Positions 1 to 14,053 are shown, numbered from the whole stretch's first letter. The stretch is DNA of 63,225 nucleotides, filler included, from Welwitschia mirabilis (GCA_051453625.1; 4 parts of one record of this genome joined end to end with filler, not necessarily neighbours in it), one strand, 5' to 3'. Numbers and translations are program-made. Notes: a model not told the origin generated them from the letters alone.

Positions 1-845
1 TTTAATTTTTGAATGAAAAAATATATTTTAAACCTTGGGATAATTTCTTAAGTTTAAGGCTAATATTTTAAGTTATTGTTCCATCTATCATGGGGACAAT
101 AGACATGGGATGACATTCTGCAAAAAGTTTTTCTACTGAGTAAAAATGTTGAGTTTCTCCCTCATTAGTATGTTATTCATTCTTAAACTCATGACAGTAT
201 ATTTTAATGGAGTTATCATATAAAGTTGGTTTATGTAGAATGATTAATATATCCTCAATTGGTCGATCTTATGAAGACAAGGTTGGTTTCAGTTCATCTT
301 TAAGATTCCTATGTCCTTTTCAGCATCATTAAAAACTCTAATGTTAAATTGTCTATTATCAAAATGACATCTCATCATCCTAGACCATGTGTTAATGATA
401 TAATGGGCAGTTGTATAAAAGGCTCTTCCCAAAAGGATTGGATAACCTCCATCATGTTCCATCTTAATGATGATAAAATCTATAGGATAAAAGCTTTCTT
501 AATTTGGAGAACTAAGTCCTTAATAATTACTAATGATTCCTTGATTGAGATATTAATCAATTCTAAGATAAATTTGTGTAGGTTCTATTGTATTTTCCAA
601 TCCAAGTCTCTTACATATGTAGAGAAGCATGATGCTTATACTTACTCTTATGTTAATTAAAGCTTTTTGAATTCTTTTATTTTTTGCCAGGGTAACACTC
701 ACAGTTGCAACTTTGAGGTCTTAGAATGTAGAACACTTTTTCATAACTAAGTTGGAAAGAGGTTGAGTAAGAAAAACTTTGCTAGGAATGATATATTTTT
801 GCTTTCTTCTTACTAAGTTCTTCCACAACTTAGAATATTTAGGAT
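1..845 (-). pseudogene. Decayed Ty3/gypsy (Athila-like) protease/linker fragment; diverged paralog of 1279-2121
   Basis: Colinear with 1279-2121 (shared AAACCTTGGGATAATTTCTTAAGTTTAAGGCT and GCTAGGAATGATATATTTTTGCTTTCTTCTTACTAAG) but with many substitutions. Ends at the N gap 846-945. Confidence 0.75.
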
Positions 846-945
846 NNNNNNNNNNNNNNNNNNNNNNNNNNNNNNNNNNNNNNNNNNNNNNNNNNNNNNN
901 NNNNNNNNNNNNNNNNNNNNNNNNNNNNNNNNNNNNNNNNNNNNN

Positions 946-3650
946 TTGATGCACATTCTCCATTTCCCCCCTTTATTTGAAACTACTATTAAAGAACTAA
1001 CCTACTCAGTATTGGATATGGCATATATTATTCCTACATTTACAAGTTTAATAATTTCATCTTTAATGATTTATTTAAGCATCGAGTTGAGCCTTATTTA
1101 GGGTTGCATAATAGGTTTAGCATTATCTTCAAGGTAAATCATGTGTTAAATTATAAAAAGAGGAATGGTAGCTAAGTCTTTATGTGACTAAGCAAAGGCG
1201 TTTATTTTAAAGCTAAAAGTGAGATTAAGTTTGATTCTTGTTGAGAAGTAAGAAGGTCATTAATTATTAGGAGTTTTATTTGATTTTCAAAAAAAAATAT
1301 ATTTTAAACCTTGGGATAATTTCTTAAGTTTAAGGCTGAAATTTTAAGCTATCATTTCATCTATTGTGGGGATGACAGACGTGGGACAACACTCTACAAA
1401 ATGTTTTTCTATCAAGTAAAAATATTGAGTTTTTTTTCCAATCAGTGCATTCTTCATCCTCAGATTTAAGGTAGTGTGTTTTAATGGGGTTATCATTTAA
1501 AGTTGGTTTATGTAATAGGATTAATCTCTCCTAAATTGGTTAATGTTCTTAAAACAAGGTTGGTTTTAGTTCATCTTCAAGGTTAAACTTAGTTCCTATA
1601 CCATTTTCAACAACATCAAGAACTTTAATAGTAAACTATTTATTGCCAAAATGACATCCCATCATCCCAGATCATGTGTTAATGATACAATACATAGTTG
1701 CACTCCTAAAAGGAGTGGATAACCTCTATCATGTTCTATATTAATGATGACAACATCTATGGGATAAAAATTTTCCTCAATTTTGATAACTAGGTTCTTG
1801 ATAATTCCTAATGGTTTCTTGATTAAGGTGTCAGCCTATTTTAAGATAATTCATATATGTTTTATTCTGTTTTCCAACCCAAGTTTCTTACATATGTGGA
1901 GAGGCATGATTTTTGCACTTGCTTCTATGGTAATTAAATATTTTTGAATTCTTTTATTTTCTTCTAAGTAACACTCATAGTTATAGCTCTAGGATATTTA
2001 AATTTAGGATACTTTTTCATGACTAAGTTGGAAAGAGATTGAGCAAGAAAAACTTTGCTAGGAATGATATATTTTTGCTTTCTTCTTACTAAGTCCTTCC
2101 ATAACTTAGAATATTTAGAATTTGCTTGCAAGAATTTTTAAAAAGATAAGTTGATATTTACCTCTTGCAACAAATTTTTCAAGTATTCATTAAACATATG
2201 ATTTATATTCAATCAATCAAGTTAATGAGTGGATGGTTTATTCCCTTTATTTTCTTGTGAGGCATTTTTAGTGGAGGCTTTATAAGTGATGTTGATGAAA
2301 GGTCGTATGAATCCAAAATTTTTACATCATTTTCTTCATTTATTTCATTATTTTTAGAAGTTAAAGCCTCATGGGTAGGAGCTGTTGTATTATTTCCACT
2401 TCATATTACTACCTTTAAATTTTTCTTAACTTCATTTAAATTGGATAAAAGTTGAGATGTAAGAGATTCTTGTGGTTTTTAGTTGGCAAGCATTATTTGT
2501 TAGAGTAAATTTACTAAGTTCTCAATGTTGTTATTAGTTTTTTGTTACACTTTTTTTAATCTCTTTTATGGATTTCCTAAGTAAATCATTATAATTTTAT
2601 TGAAAATTAGATTGGAAGTTTGAATTTTAAATCTATTTTCAAAAAGTTTCCATTGAGATTATCCACCTAATATTTATTGAAATTGTGATTTGATTTTAAA
2701 ATTAAGTGTTGTTTAGTTTAAAGCATAAACTTCCTCAAACATCCTTTCTTTACAGGTTGGTAATAAAGAACACTCTTTAGTTAGATAAGATTATCTTCAT
2801 AAATTTCATAATTTGAAGTTGTGTTTCTATTCTTTACTACTTATGCATCAACTATCATTTATGTGTACTTTTTTAGAGTAGTGGTAAAATCTTTTATCAA
2901 GTTGGTTAAGTCCTCTCTTTCTTCTTCTTTGTCATGTTTAACTTTCTTTAAGTTCTTTAAGATTTAACCTATAGTTTAATTTTTCTTAGTGGGTTTAGGT
3001 CAAGTTTAACCTATTTATATAAGATTCTCCAATACATTGTATGCTTCTTCTAAGAGTAAGTTCAACAAGTTACCTTCACAAGAAAAGTCTACAAGTTACT
3101 TAGTTTAAGCATTCAATCCACTGTAGAAAGAAATCAATGAGCTCTTCTTTAAAAATTTCATCTATAGGGTTAGAATGGCTAGCTATGATAAAACATTCAT
3201 AAGTTGTTGCATAATCCTCATGAGGTTGTTGTTAAAAATTAATTACTTCTTTTCTTATTTTTCTCATGGAACTTTTGTTCAAAAAACATTTGATAAACAC
3301 TTCTTGCACTTGATTCTAAGATTTAAGACTTTTATATGGAATAGTTTTAAGCTAAATTTTTTCTCTTCCTCTAAGTATGACTAGAAAGATAATCATGTAG
3401 GTATGGTCACTAATACATTTTTTTCCATTCTCCAAGGTAAGCACAAGTTTTTCAATGTCAGCTAAATGTTAGAAAGGGTCTTCCTCAGGTTCCCTTAAAA
3501 AAGTTGAATATGCACTTACATTCCTTAATTCTACATCATCTCCAGGAGGTAAATCAAAAGGATTTTGAATTTTATGTTTTCTTTTGACAATTAAATCTCT
3601 AAGAGTGGTGTTTACATTTGAGGAAGAAGTTCTATTACGATTAGGATATT
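946..3650 (-). pseudogene. gag-protease-RT(5') pseudogene of element A
   Basis: Recognisable gag, protease and RT motifs broken by many stops and frameshifts. Homologous to the + strand gag-pol at 26700-29550. Confidence 0.8.
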
Positions 3651-4457
3651 AGATGAAGTAAATTGCTTTTTTTTTTGTATTGATTTCAATACATTCGACA
3701 TATTCAAAGAAGAAATTCTATACTACAATTTTATTTTGAAAAATCTGATTATGAAATAATACAAGTAGAAAAATCTTCTTCTTTAATTCTGGAAATTTGT
3801 GTATCTGGAATATGTGTACCTAGATTTAGTTCAAAGTTGAATAATCCTTCTATGACGTTTTCTTCGATTAGGTTTTGCTCTCTCTGATATTTTATTTTCC
3901 TACCAGAATTTAACATGTCCCTGTATGCTTAGATAGCAAATAAAAAACCAAAATAAAAAATAATAGATCATCATCCGCCTAGTTATGGAGATAATAGAAA
4001 GGATGATGATCACAGTAATAGAAATTTAAAACTTAGAAAAATTACCAAAGTAAATAAATTAGAGTATTAAATAGGATATCATGGAAATGACAGAGAAGAT
4101 AACAGTAACTTTATTAAAATTAAAAAAAACAAAAATTGTAAAATTTCAAAAGTAAAAAAAAGTAGACTATGATCCAATATGTCATAAGGATGATAGTGAC
4201 TTTATTACTGAACTATACATAGAAGAAAAATTATAAAGGCAAAAATTAATCTTGAACTTTCAAAACTATCATGTTTAATGTCATCGGAATGATAGAGAGG
4301 ATGAAAAGATCTCTAAAAACAATTAAAAATAAAAATTTTCTGAAATAAACCTATTCTAAGTTATGCTAAAAATATAGCACTAAGTCACAAAATAACCTGA
4401 ACAGAAGATTCGAGGTACTTATCTAGTTAGTGAAAATTCTCCATCTCCTTGTGACCT

Positions 4458-4475
4458 ATCCTAGAAATGGTGCCA
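4458..4475 (-). other. Primer binding site (degenerate tRNA-Asp type, Athila-like)
   Basis: Minus strand reads TGGCACCATTTCTAGGAT a few bases inside the LTR end. Compare the canonical Athila TGGCGCCGTTGCCGGGGA. Confidence 0.75.
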
Positions 4476-4481
4476 AAATTT

Positions 4482-5711
4482 TATGATGTGAATTTATACA
4501 ATTTTAAAGTCCTTTAGTTAAACTTGTAAATCAAATAACTTGCAAAAAACACATGCTAGTATAAATAGGAGTTCACCCAAATGTCATAATCCCAATGAAG
4601 GCACTAGGCTTAAAGTTAGAGAATCAATTTTTAAAGGTATCTTTAGTCTTTTATCTTTTAATAACTGAAAGTAGATAATAAATTAAAATGTAATACAATG
4701 TAAATGGAGATGAAATACAAATGAAAATGAAATGAATCATATTTAATTCTAATCCTTTTGTCATAAGAACTAGATCTCTATAATTCAAATCAATTAAGAA
4801 AAGTACTTAACGTATTCCTAATCAATGTAAACTATGAGATATACCAAGTAGAATATGAAATGCAATGTTAAATGGAAATGGAATAATGATGCAAATCTAA
4901 TACTAACCAAAGTCAACCTTAATAAAGATTTCCCTTATGATCTAAATAAATTACATAGTTACCGCTTAAACTATAACCAACTTAAACTATAAGGGACATA
5001 AACAGAATTGGAATTAAAAAGAGTAATTGTATTAATTTTAAAGAACTTTACATCTATTTATAATAGAATAGTAACACCTCAATGAAAGAGACTTAGCCTA
5101 ACACCAAGAAAACTCATTTCTATAGCTACTGGATGGGATTCTTATTCTTCAATCTTCCATCAGAAGCATATGGAAATAGAAATTAAGAAGGGAAAGGGTA
5201 TTTATAGTTTTAAATTGAGGTTCTAGAAACTCAACCATAAAAGTTAGAAAAGAAACCCTAATAGTCTAAATGGATCACTTGATCCCATTAGAAAGATAAT
5301 TCTTTCCAACCATGGAAAAACAACTATCGTCCTGACTGTCATGGGGATAATAGAGAGGATGTCACCCTATGTCAAAAGGTACTCTATCAGCTTCATACCC
5401 ATTGTCAACCCTACATCTTTTGTCCATGTTAATATTACTATTATTCTACCTATTGTGGGAATAATAGAGGGGACGACAGGCTTTATTATCTTCAATCTCA
5501 AAGGTAAGTGAGTCTTTTGCATGATGAATCCTTCTTTCAAGTACGCAGTATCAGAATAAGCCTGGGAAACCTCCAAATATGCTGAGAATTACATGATTCA
5601 TTGATCATCCTATCAGATCTTCATAATCATTAGTATTGCATCCAAACTTATATAAATGTCTAGTAAAATTACTTAAAATACACCATCAAATTCCTAAAAA
5701 TTGGAATCACA
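4482..5711 (-). repeat. 5' LTR of element A (~1.23 kb)
   Basis: Minus-strand termini TGTGATTCC...CATCATA (decayed TGTGATG...CATCACA). Its first ~200 bp match 63019-63225. TATAAATA occurs on the minus strand near 5200. Confidence 0.8.
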
Positions 5712-6418
5712 ATAATCAACATTTACTTTTTTCTTTTGGCGGAAGAGGAAGAGGTAGTACATTTGTTTTTTTCTTTTAATTTCTTTGGGCTAAGGGATCT
5801 TGAGGACCTCCTTAACATGCTTTGGTGCCTTTTCAAATGATAATAATAAGGTTGTGGTACCTATTTTTATCTTTTTTTAAAAGCATTTTAAGAAAGTAAT
5901 GAGGGACATTGATTCTATAACTCAAATTAAGTTCCTTCATAAATGTGAAGTGGATTCTTATTAGTTTTGAACTACATTCCAAGAGCATGAAGTACCTGTT
6001 AATTAATTTAGCCTTTATTTCATAGGAGGTTAAAAGTATTTATTGTAAATATACCTAATGTATAGCTTTATAATTCTATTTGAGAAAAAAATGGTAGGCT
6101 TCTCTATGCCCTTTATTTCATATGGCAATATTTTTTCTTTTATGAAGACCTTTAGGTATCTAGCTAAGGCTTCCTTTGTGATGTTTGTATGTATCCTTGT
6201 AAACTTAGTAAAAGATTCTTTTCTTCTTCTATAGAAATGGGTAATGTCCACCTCTAGTTCTCCTTTTAACTTGTGAAGAAGTAAATTTCATTTAAAGGCC
6301 TAAACTTTATTTCATAGTTTAGGAGATCTTGCATGGAGAGCTAGATTATTTAACTTATCTAATGACATAAATTCCATTATAGCTCTAATTTTAAAGAGAT
6401 ACCATTTTAGGTATTTAG
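5712..6418 (-). pseudogene. Probable 3' part of the L1-like LINE ORF2 (C-terminal/zf-RVT region), separated from 14054+ by the LTR insertion
   Basis: Lies on the other side of the TSD-flanked insertion from the LINE body. Weak minus-strand resemblance to the zf-RVT region (~6270-6340, ARSPKL*NKV*AFK*NLL; NGIYVI ~6360-6378). Confidence 0.45.
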
Positions 6419-9362
6419 TATTATATTTCATATTTTATAAACCTTATTTACTTGAATATTAAGTATATTAAGCTTTCAATCAAATGATTACTTATACTTA
6501 TTTAAATTCTTTATTAAATAAGATATCATTTTAAATTAACCTTAGTTTGTAATCTTTATAATTTCCCATGAAAATTATGATAATTATATTAAAATGTTTT
6601 ATGAAAAAGTCTATCTAAACATTTAAAATTAGATAATCCCATTATGTAAGGAATTAAAATCACATGATAAAAGTAATAAATCAAAAATCTCAAGAGACAT
6701 AATAATATATTTTGTATCTTATTTACTCATTTATAATTTTGATAAATATATAGGTGTACTATATTATGAATAAATATTTTCTTCTTTGTGTTATGTAATT
6801 GATAGATTTTATGCATTTTAAAATAAATGAGCATTTGAACAAAAAAATGCACTCTTACCTAGAACTAAGGATGATAAATGAGTAGATTTACTCTACCATG
6901 ACTTTTATGTTCTTGAGATTTGTAAGGGCACTTGGTTCTAGCATGAATGGCTAAATGGAGTAACTATTAAACCATGAGTTTAAGTTCTTTTATAGTAAAT
7001 GGATTTTTTAAAATTGATTTGATTTTTATTTCTAAAATAGTTTCACTTAGTAAATTAGTTAAGATATTATATAACTAATTAGTTAGCATATCTATTATTT
7101 AACTAATCTAAGTTTTTGCTTAAGTAGTTGTAGAATCTTTATCATATTTTTATTCTAATGAAAATTAAATTTCTAGAATATAGGCATAGGATAAAAACAC
7201 CATATATTATTAGTTAGTAGGTATAANNNNNNNNNNNNNNNNNNNNNNNNNNNNNNNNNNNNNNNNNNNNNNNNNNNNNNNNNNNNNNNNNNNNNNNNNN
7301 NNNNNNNNNNNNNNNNNNNNNNNNNNATAGGATAAAAACACCATCTATTATTAGTTAGTAGGTATAAATTAGTGAAATTTTTTATATAATTCTAGGATTA
7401 TGTTTGAAAAGTGAAAATGTAAAAAAAAATTTGCTGATGGGTAATTATGTTTAAAAGATTAATTTTTTAAAATACATTACCAACTACATGCAAAAAATAG
7501 CAAGCAAGTAATTTACATTTTTGTACCTATCTATTAAAATATTTGAAAACTTGAGTATCATACATTATAGGAAATTGAATAATCTTTCCAAAAAGTCTTA
7601 AATCATTTAAAAAATAAAAGTATTTTAAAAGTTATGATCATTTTAGTAAGTTGAGTAGGACTATAATTTTAGAAAATTTAAGAGTTTTTACCCTTAAATG
7701 ATAACCTTAGAAAACATATTGTCATAATTCCAAGATAGTTTAAGTTATATTTTAAGAATCCTATTATGTGTTTAATTTTAGAGAAACTACTAAAATTTAT
7801 TTTTGTTTTATAATTAATTAACTATTAATTTTTAGCTATGATATCTCCTTAGAACCCAAAAATGTTATAATTAATATTAAAAATTATAGAAAAATGATTA
7901 CATAAATTTTTTATAAAAATTAAGTATATAAAATATATTTCTGTCAGTAAATTTAAGAACCTATATGTAGTATTTATTTATAGAAATACCTCTTTCATCC
8001 TTTTTCTTTAGTTTACTTTAAATATGCATGTGCTTGCAAGAGTTTTTACATTAGTAGTTCAAGTAATATAAGTAGTATCTAGCTTATGATTTTTTTTTGA
8101 TTTATAAAATAGCCATATGAAGATTGAATAAAGATTTATATCTTAACAATTATGTTTGAGCTATGCTTTCTTTGTTTACCTTCTTTGTAGCAATTCATAA
8201 TACTTATCATGTAAGCATGGAAGAATGTTTTTAGGATTGACATAGCTCTAGATATGTTTTGGTTTCTTTAAGTACATTATTAAGATGTTATTTGACACAT
8301 TTTAAATATTTTTTAACTATCAAAAACAAAAACAAAAATATTTACTTTATTTAGATAAAAAAGAAAAGAATATTTCCTTTATTTAGATAGAAAGAAAAGA
8401 ATATTGCTTTATTTAAATTTTTATTATTATAATCTTGAAAAAAAAGATGTTCTTGTATGCTTGCTTTATTTTTATGGTTGTTTCTATAAAATGAATGAAA
8501 TAATAATTAGAATTATTATAAATAGTACATAATTCATTAAATATCAACATTAGTTATAATTGTTTACATGCATTAGTGTGGTGTATTCATCAAACATGAA
8601 TAAATCAAGATAATTCTAAAAATATTAATTGCTATGCTTAGATTTTATTACCAAGGTGAGTTATATTGCATTTTTTTCATAATTCCTTTCTAGAAGTGGA
8701 TTTAATCACCACTCTCCTATCCTACCTATGTATGAACTTACTATGACTTAATATCTTGAGCCGTTAACATCGATGAATCATGTTACATCATCCAGAGATG
8801 CTCCAAGAATGTGGGGGTTATTTGTAATCATGCATCCATCTCATGTACTACCTGTTAATTATATTGGGGATATATCAAGGTGAAGTGGAAGTGTATAGAG
8901 TTGACCTCAGCCATGTTTATGTAGTTTAGAACTTGAAGTATAACTAACTGATATCCAAAGGATATGACTAGATATCTAGCTGGAATACCATTAATTAGAG
9001 TTGCAACCTCCTATTATATTGGTTAGGTATTATCTTTAAAACTTATCCATATATATTAATAACAAGTTTACATCTTCTCAATTATTCATAAGATATTTTT
9101 TTTTGTGATAAAAAACTAAGAATAAATGACTACAAACTTATGACATCACTATTGTTTATAAACTAAAATAACCTAGAAAATTAATTATAGGTAACTATAT
9201 AATATTAATATAATTTGTCTTTCTTAGAATATAAAAATGCTAATAAAAGAGTAAATAGAATTTTGTTCTATGTTCCATTATGTCTATTAGATAAAAATAT
9301 TAAAAATAAAGGAAGTAAAAAAAATAGTGCTTAATTAGGATAAAAGAAAAGAGGGTGTCTTA
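6419..9362 (+). repeat. 5' LTR of element B
   Basis: Colinear over its whole length with 11319-14053. Termini TATTATATTTCA...GGGTGTCTTA are decayed from TGTCATGTTCCA...GGGTATCACA. Includes a 100-N gap. Confidence 0.9.
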
Positions 9363-9365
9363 AAT

Positions 9366-9377
9366 TGGCATTGGAGC
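9366..9377 (+). other. Primer binding site (degenerate tRNA-iMet)
   Basis: TGGCATTGGAGC 3 bp after the LTR end; canonical is TGGTATCAGAGC. Confidence 0.75.
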
Positions 9378-10439
9378 TCTAGGTTAACTTAAATAATAAT
9401 TATGTTAAGTACTTATAAACTTATAAGAACATAAATTAAATTACTTTTTTAACAATCTTTTTCCTTAATAAGCATAAATTTAGTTGTAATCTCCTTAATA
9501 ATTATAAAGTTAGTTGTAACTATAACAACCGAAATTACTAATAGCTATACAGTTGGTTATATCCCTAATAATCTTAAATCATAAGTAAAATTAATTATTT
9601 CCTTGATAATGCTATGTTCCAAGATAACTTTAACTTTTAGATAAGCATGAATTTAATCATATATTTTAATGGTCATAAATCCTATTATACTTATAGTTTT
9701 TCTACTCTTTAAATATATTTTAAATTACATTTATGTTAATTCTAATAATTATGAAGATTACACTAATCATAAACTTAGCACCTTAATAATCGTAAAAGTT
9801 GATTATATTTGTGATATTTTCAAAGTATTCATAAGGTTAACTATAATTCCACCCCCTATATGATCATTATGCTAATCATATTTATAATAATTCTAAATCC
9901 CTAATGAACTAAAAAGGATGATGCATTCAAGTCATTAAATACTCCACTACTTTATATCTATAGATGATAATCACTTAAAAGAATTCCAGTTATTTTAAGA
10001 ATTTAGGACAAGGACCTTGTATGATTCCTTAAAGAGCTTAACCTTTTGAAAAAAAAATATAAATATATAAATAATATCTTATAAATTTTCAACCAAGTTA
10101 TTCATCTTAAATTATATGGTCACATAACTTTAAAGTGAAAATCCATATTCATAACTTATAAAACTCATCTATTGAAAACCAAGAAAGGGGATAAACTTGC
10201 TTATGTACTTTAAGATATAAATAAGGACTTATCACATAAATGATAATCATGTTTTTCTTAAGATTATAAAAATATTTCTAATTTAACCTTTAATAATATA
10301 TATCCTATTTTGAAATCTAATCTCATGAAAATTTCCCTTTCCTTCAAATGCCTTCTTGTTGTTAGGTAAACCTTGAGGCTGAGTTAGTTGTACCAAGTAA
10401 TTAATCTCAAGATAATTCATAAGATAGTCAATAGTATAA

Positions 10440-11110
10440 TAATGGAAAATAACCCTCATTTAATCTTAATCTAAAAGCATTGATGAATAAATTTATGCAG
10501 ATCCTATCACAAATAGTAAATCAAAGCCAAAACCCATAAGTAAATAATGGTATCAATCAATCTAAGGAAGTGGATATGAGGAAATTAATTTGAATTTTTA
10601 TTAAGATAAATCCACTAAAGTTTGTAAAAGGTCTGATCCTTTCAAAGTAAAATCATGACTGAGTAATGCTAAAAATGTTATAGGTACCTTAAGATGTGAT
10701 AAATATGAAAAGGATTTCTTATATATTTATATGTTATAAGGAGAAGCTAATCTGTGTTGGAAAATGGAAAATACTAAGTTAGAAGTTCTAGAACTTTCAT
10801 GGAGGGAATTTAAGAACATTTTTAAGGAGAGGTACATGATCAAATTCCATATTCACTAAAGGATTATAGAATTCTACAATTTAAGACAAGCCTATGATGT
10901 TATAATAGCATCTTATGAGTGCTAATTTGTAGAATTATCAAGATATATGTCACATATGCATCTAGATGAAGAAGCTAAAGAAAATCTCTTTATTAATAAT
11001 CTTCTCCCTTCTATTGCTATTAAAGTATCCATGTTTCAACTTAAGAGTTTAGTAGAGGCTATAGAAAAGATAAAGATAGAAGAACAAAACTGTACATCGT
11101 TCATAAGTGG
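10440..11110 (+). pseudogene. Decayed retrotransposon gag (Tekay/Del-like)
   Basis: Remnant motifs FIKINPLKF, DPFKVKS*L, YML*GEANLCWK, SWREFKNIFKERY, EFYNLRQ and FVELSRY match the chromovirus gag pattern. Includes ORF 10947-11174. Confidence 0.8.
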
Positions 11111-11304
11111 GGAAGATTTTCAAATACAACCAATTTTTATTGACTTAGAAAAAATGACATTGTTTTATGTATGAATTGATTATTGTAAAATGGAGTAGTA
11201 ATAAATTGTGAAAATTCAATATCTAAATCTTTTTAAATGTCATAGCACATAGCTAGGTGTTTTTAATCTTTTTATGTATCTTGATTGCCAGGAGTTAATT
11301 AGTC

Positions 11305-11318
11305 TAAGTGGGGGAGAA
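11305..11318 (+). other. Polypurine tract of element B
   Basis: TAAGTGGGGGAGAA immediately before the TG start of the 3' LTR. Confidence 0.85.
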
Positions 11319-14053
11319 TGTCATGTTCCATAGTTTATAAACCTTATTTACTTGAATATTAACTATATTAAGCTTTTAATTAAATGGTTAATTATTCTTA
11401 TTTAAATTCCTTATCAAAACAAAATGTCATTTAAAATTAACCTTAGTTTGTAATGTTTATAATTTATCATGAAAATGATAAAAATTATGTTAAAAATTTT
11501 TTAGTAAAAAATCTATTCAAACATTTAAAATTAGATAATTCCATTATGTAAGGAATTAAAATCACATGATAAAACTAATAAATTAAAAATTTATAGAAAA
11601 GCTAATAATATATCCTGCATCTTATTTACTCACTTAGATTCTTGGTAAATGTGAAGTGTACTATATTATAAATAAATATTTTCTTCCTTATGTTATATGA
11701 TTGATATATTTTATGTGTTTTGAAATAAATGAGCATTTGAGTAAGTACATGCACTCTTACCTAGAGCTAAGAATAAGAAATGAGTATATTTACTATACTA
11801 TAACTTTTATATTCTTGAGAGGTGTAAGGGTACTTGCTTCTAGCATGAATGGCTAAGTGAAGTAACTATTAAAACATAGGTCATGAGTTCAATCCTTTCA
11901 TAGTAAATATTTCTTTTTGAATTGATTTGATTTTTCTTTCTACAATAATTTAAATTAGTAACTTAGTTAAGATATTTTATAAGTAATTGTTTAGTATGTC
12001 TATTATTTTACTAATCTAAGTTATTGCTTAAGTAGTTGTATAAATTTTATCATATTTTTATTATGGAAAAAATTGAATTTCTAAAATAGAGACATAGGAT
12101 AAAAATATCATATCTTATTAATTCATAGGTATAAATCAATGAATTTTTTTTATATATATAGGATTGTTTTCTAAATGTGAAAATATAAAAATAATAATTT
12201 TTTTAATGGTAGTTATTTTTTAAAAATTTATTTGATAAAATACGTTAGAAAATAAATGTAAAAAACAATAAGCAAGTAATTTACATTTCTGTACCTATTC
12301 ATTAAAATACCTACAAATTAAGGAATCCTAAGTTGTAGGAAGTTAAATAATATTTTCAAAACATCTTTAGTGAACTGCAGTAGGATTGTAATTTTAGAAA
12401 ATTTGATAGTTTTTAACCTTAAACGATAACCTTATAAACAATATGTTTATGATTCCAAGATAGTTTAAGTTATATTTTGAGAATCCTATTATTGTTTAGT
12501 TTCTGAAAAAATACTGAAATTTATTTTTTACTTCATAATTAATTAATTATTAATTTTTAACTATGATGTCTCCTTAGAACCCAATAATGTTATAATTAAT
12601 GTTAAGAATTATAAAAAATTTATTACAGAAATTTCTTTTAGAGAAATTAAGTATATAAACTATGTGTCTATTATTAAATTTAAGTTAAATTACCTATAAG
12701 TAGTATTTATTTATAGAAATACCTCTTTTACCCTTTTTCTTTAGCTTGCTTTGAATGTGCATTCTTGTAAGAGTTTTTGCCTTTATAGTTCAAGCAAGAT
12801 AAGTAGTTTCTAAATTATTACATTTTTTATTGACTTATAATATAATCATATAAATATTGAGTAAAGATTTACATCTTAATAATTATGTTTAATCTATACT
12901 TTCTTTACTTACCTTCTTTGCACTAATCCATAGAACTTATCATATGAACATGGAAGAATGTTTTTAGGATTAACACAGTTCTAGAAATGTTTTAGTTTCT
13001 TTAAGTACATTATTAAGATGTTATTTAATACATTTTAAATATTTTTATTATTATTAAAAGAAAAATAAAATAATATTTTCTTCATTTAGATAAAAAAGGA
13101 AAGAAAATAGTATTTCCTTTATCTAGATTTTTTTTTATTATAATCTTGAACAAAGAAATATTCTTATATGCTTTCTTGCTTTTTATGGTTGTTTCCATAA
13201 AATGAATCAAATAATAATTAGAATTATTACTACTAGGTAAATAATTCATTAAATATCCATATTACTTAGAATTATTTGCATGCATCTAAGTGGTATATTC
13301 ATCGAATAGGACTAAATTAAGATAAGTTTAAAAATGTTCATCCCCATGTTAGATTTCATTACCAAAATGAATTACATTACATTTTTTTATAATACCCTTA
13401 TAAGAATGGATCTAATCATCACTTTCATGTCCTACCCATATATGAACTTACTTTGACTTAATATCTTGAGCCCTTAGTATTGATGAATTATGTTGCACCA
13501 TTTGGAGATGCTTCAAGTAAGTAGGGGTTATTTGTAAGCATGCATCTATCTCACGTACCACTTGTCAGCTATATTGAGCATATATCAAGATGAAGTAAAA
13601 GCTTATAAAGTTGAGTCCAAATATGTTTGTATAGTTTAGAACTTAAAGTAGAACTAAATCATGTCTATAGGATGGCCAGATATCGAGTTGGAATGCCATC
13701 AATTAGAGTTGCAACCTTCTATTATATTTGTTAGGTATTATCCTTAAAAATTATCTATGTATGTTGATAATAAGTTTACATCCCCTTAACTATTCACAAG
13801 ATATCTTTTTTATGATGAAAAAATAGGACGAAATGGAGGATACAAACTTATGACATCATATTATTTGTAAAACTTATAGGTAGATATATAATATTAATAT
13901 TATTTGCCTTTTTTAGAATATAGAAAATTTGATAAAGGAGTAATTAGAATTTGGTCCTAGGTTCCATTGCATCTATCAAGTAAAAATAATAAAGAAGAAA
14001 GAAAATGGAAAAAAATAGTGCTTAATTAGGGTAAGAGAAAAAAGGGTATCACA
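11319..14053 (+). repeat. 3' LTR of element B (~2.7 kb)
   Basis: TG...CA termini (TGTCATG...TATCACA), preceded by the PPT and followed by the TSD. Confidence 0.9.

Larger units (their letters stand above)
946..5711 (-). mobile_element. Athila-like Ty3/gypsy LTR retrotransposon, 5' half (element A: 5' LTR, PBS, UTR, gag, protease, start of RT)
   Basis: LTR and Asp-type PBS at 4458-5711. Minus-strand remnants: TTLRDL and AYSTFLREPEEDP (gag, ~3480-3610), a protease-like ASAKIMPLH (~1900-1930), and KGGKWRMCI (RT, ~948-980). The UTR and LTR are homologous to 62350-63225. Confidence 0.85.
6419..14053 (+). mobile_element. Non-autonomous Ty3/gypsy chromovirus-like (Tekay/Del-type) LTR element with gag only (TR-GAG/LARD-like; element B)
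   Basis: Two long direct repeats, PBS-Met, PPT, TSD TTTAG/TTTAA (6414-6418 / 14054-14058), and a ~1.95 kb internal region with a gag remnant but no pol. Confidence 0.88.

Noticed and set aside
349..660. + strand 103-aa ORF and other short track ORFs as host genes
   Set aside because: They are antisense or off-frame to decayed retrotransposon coding regions, with no independent support.
7187..7367. ~40-bp direct repeat flanking the 100-N gap (similarly 42305-42429)
   Set aside because: Overlapping contig ends. The sister LTR (~12095-12135) has only one copy.
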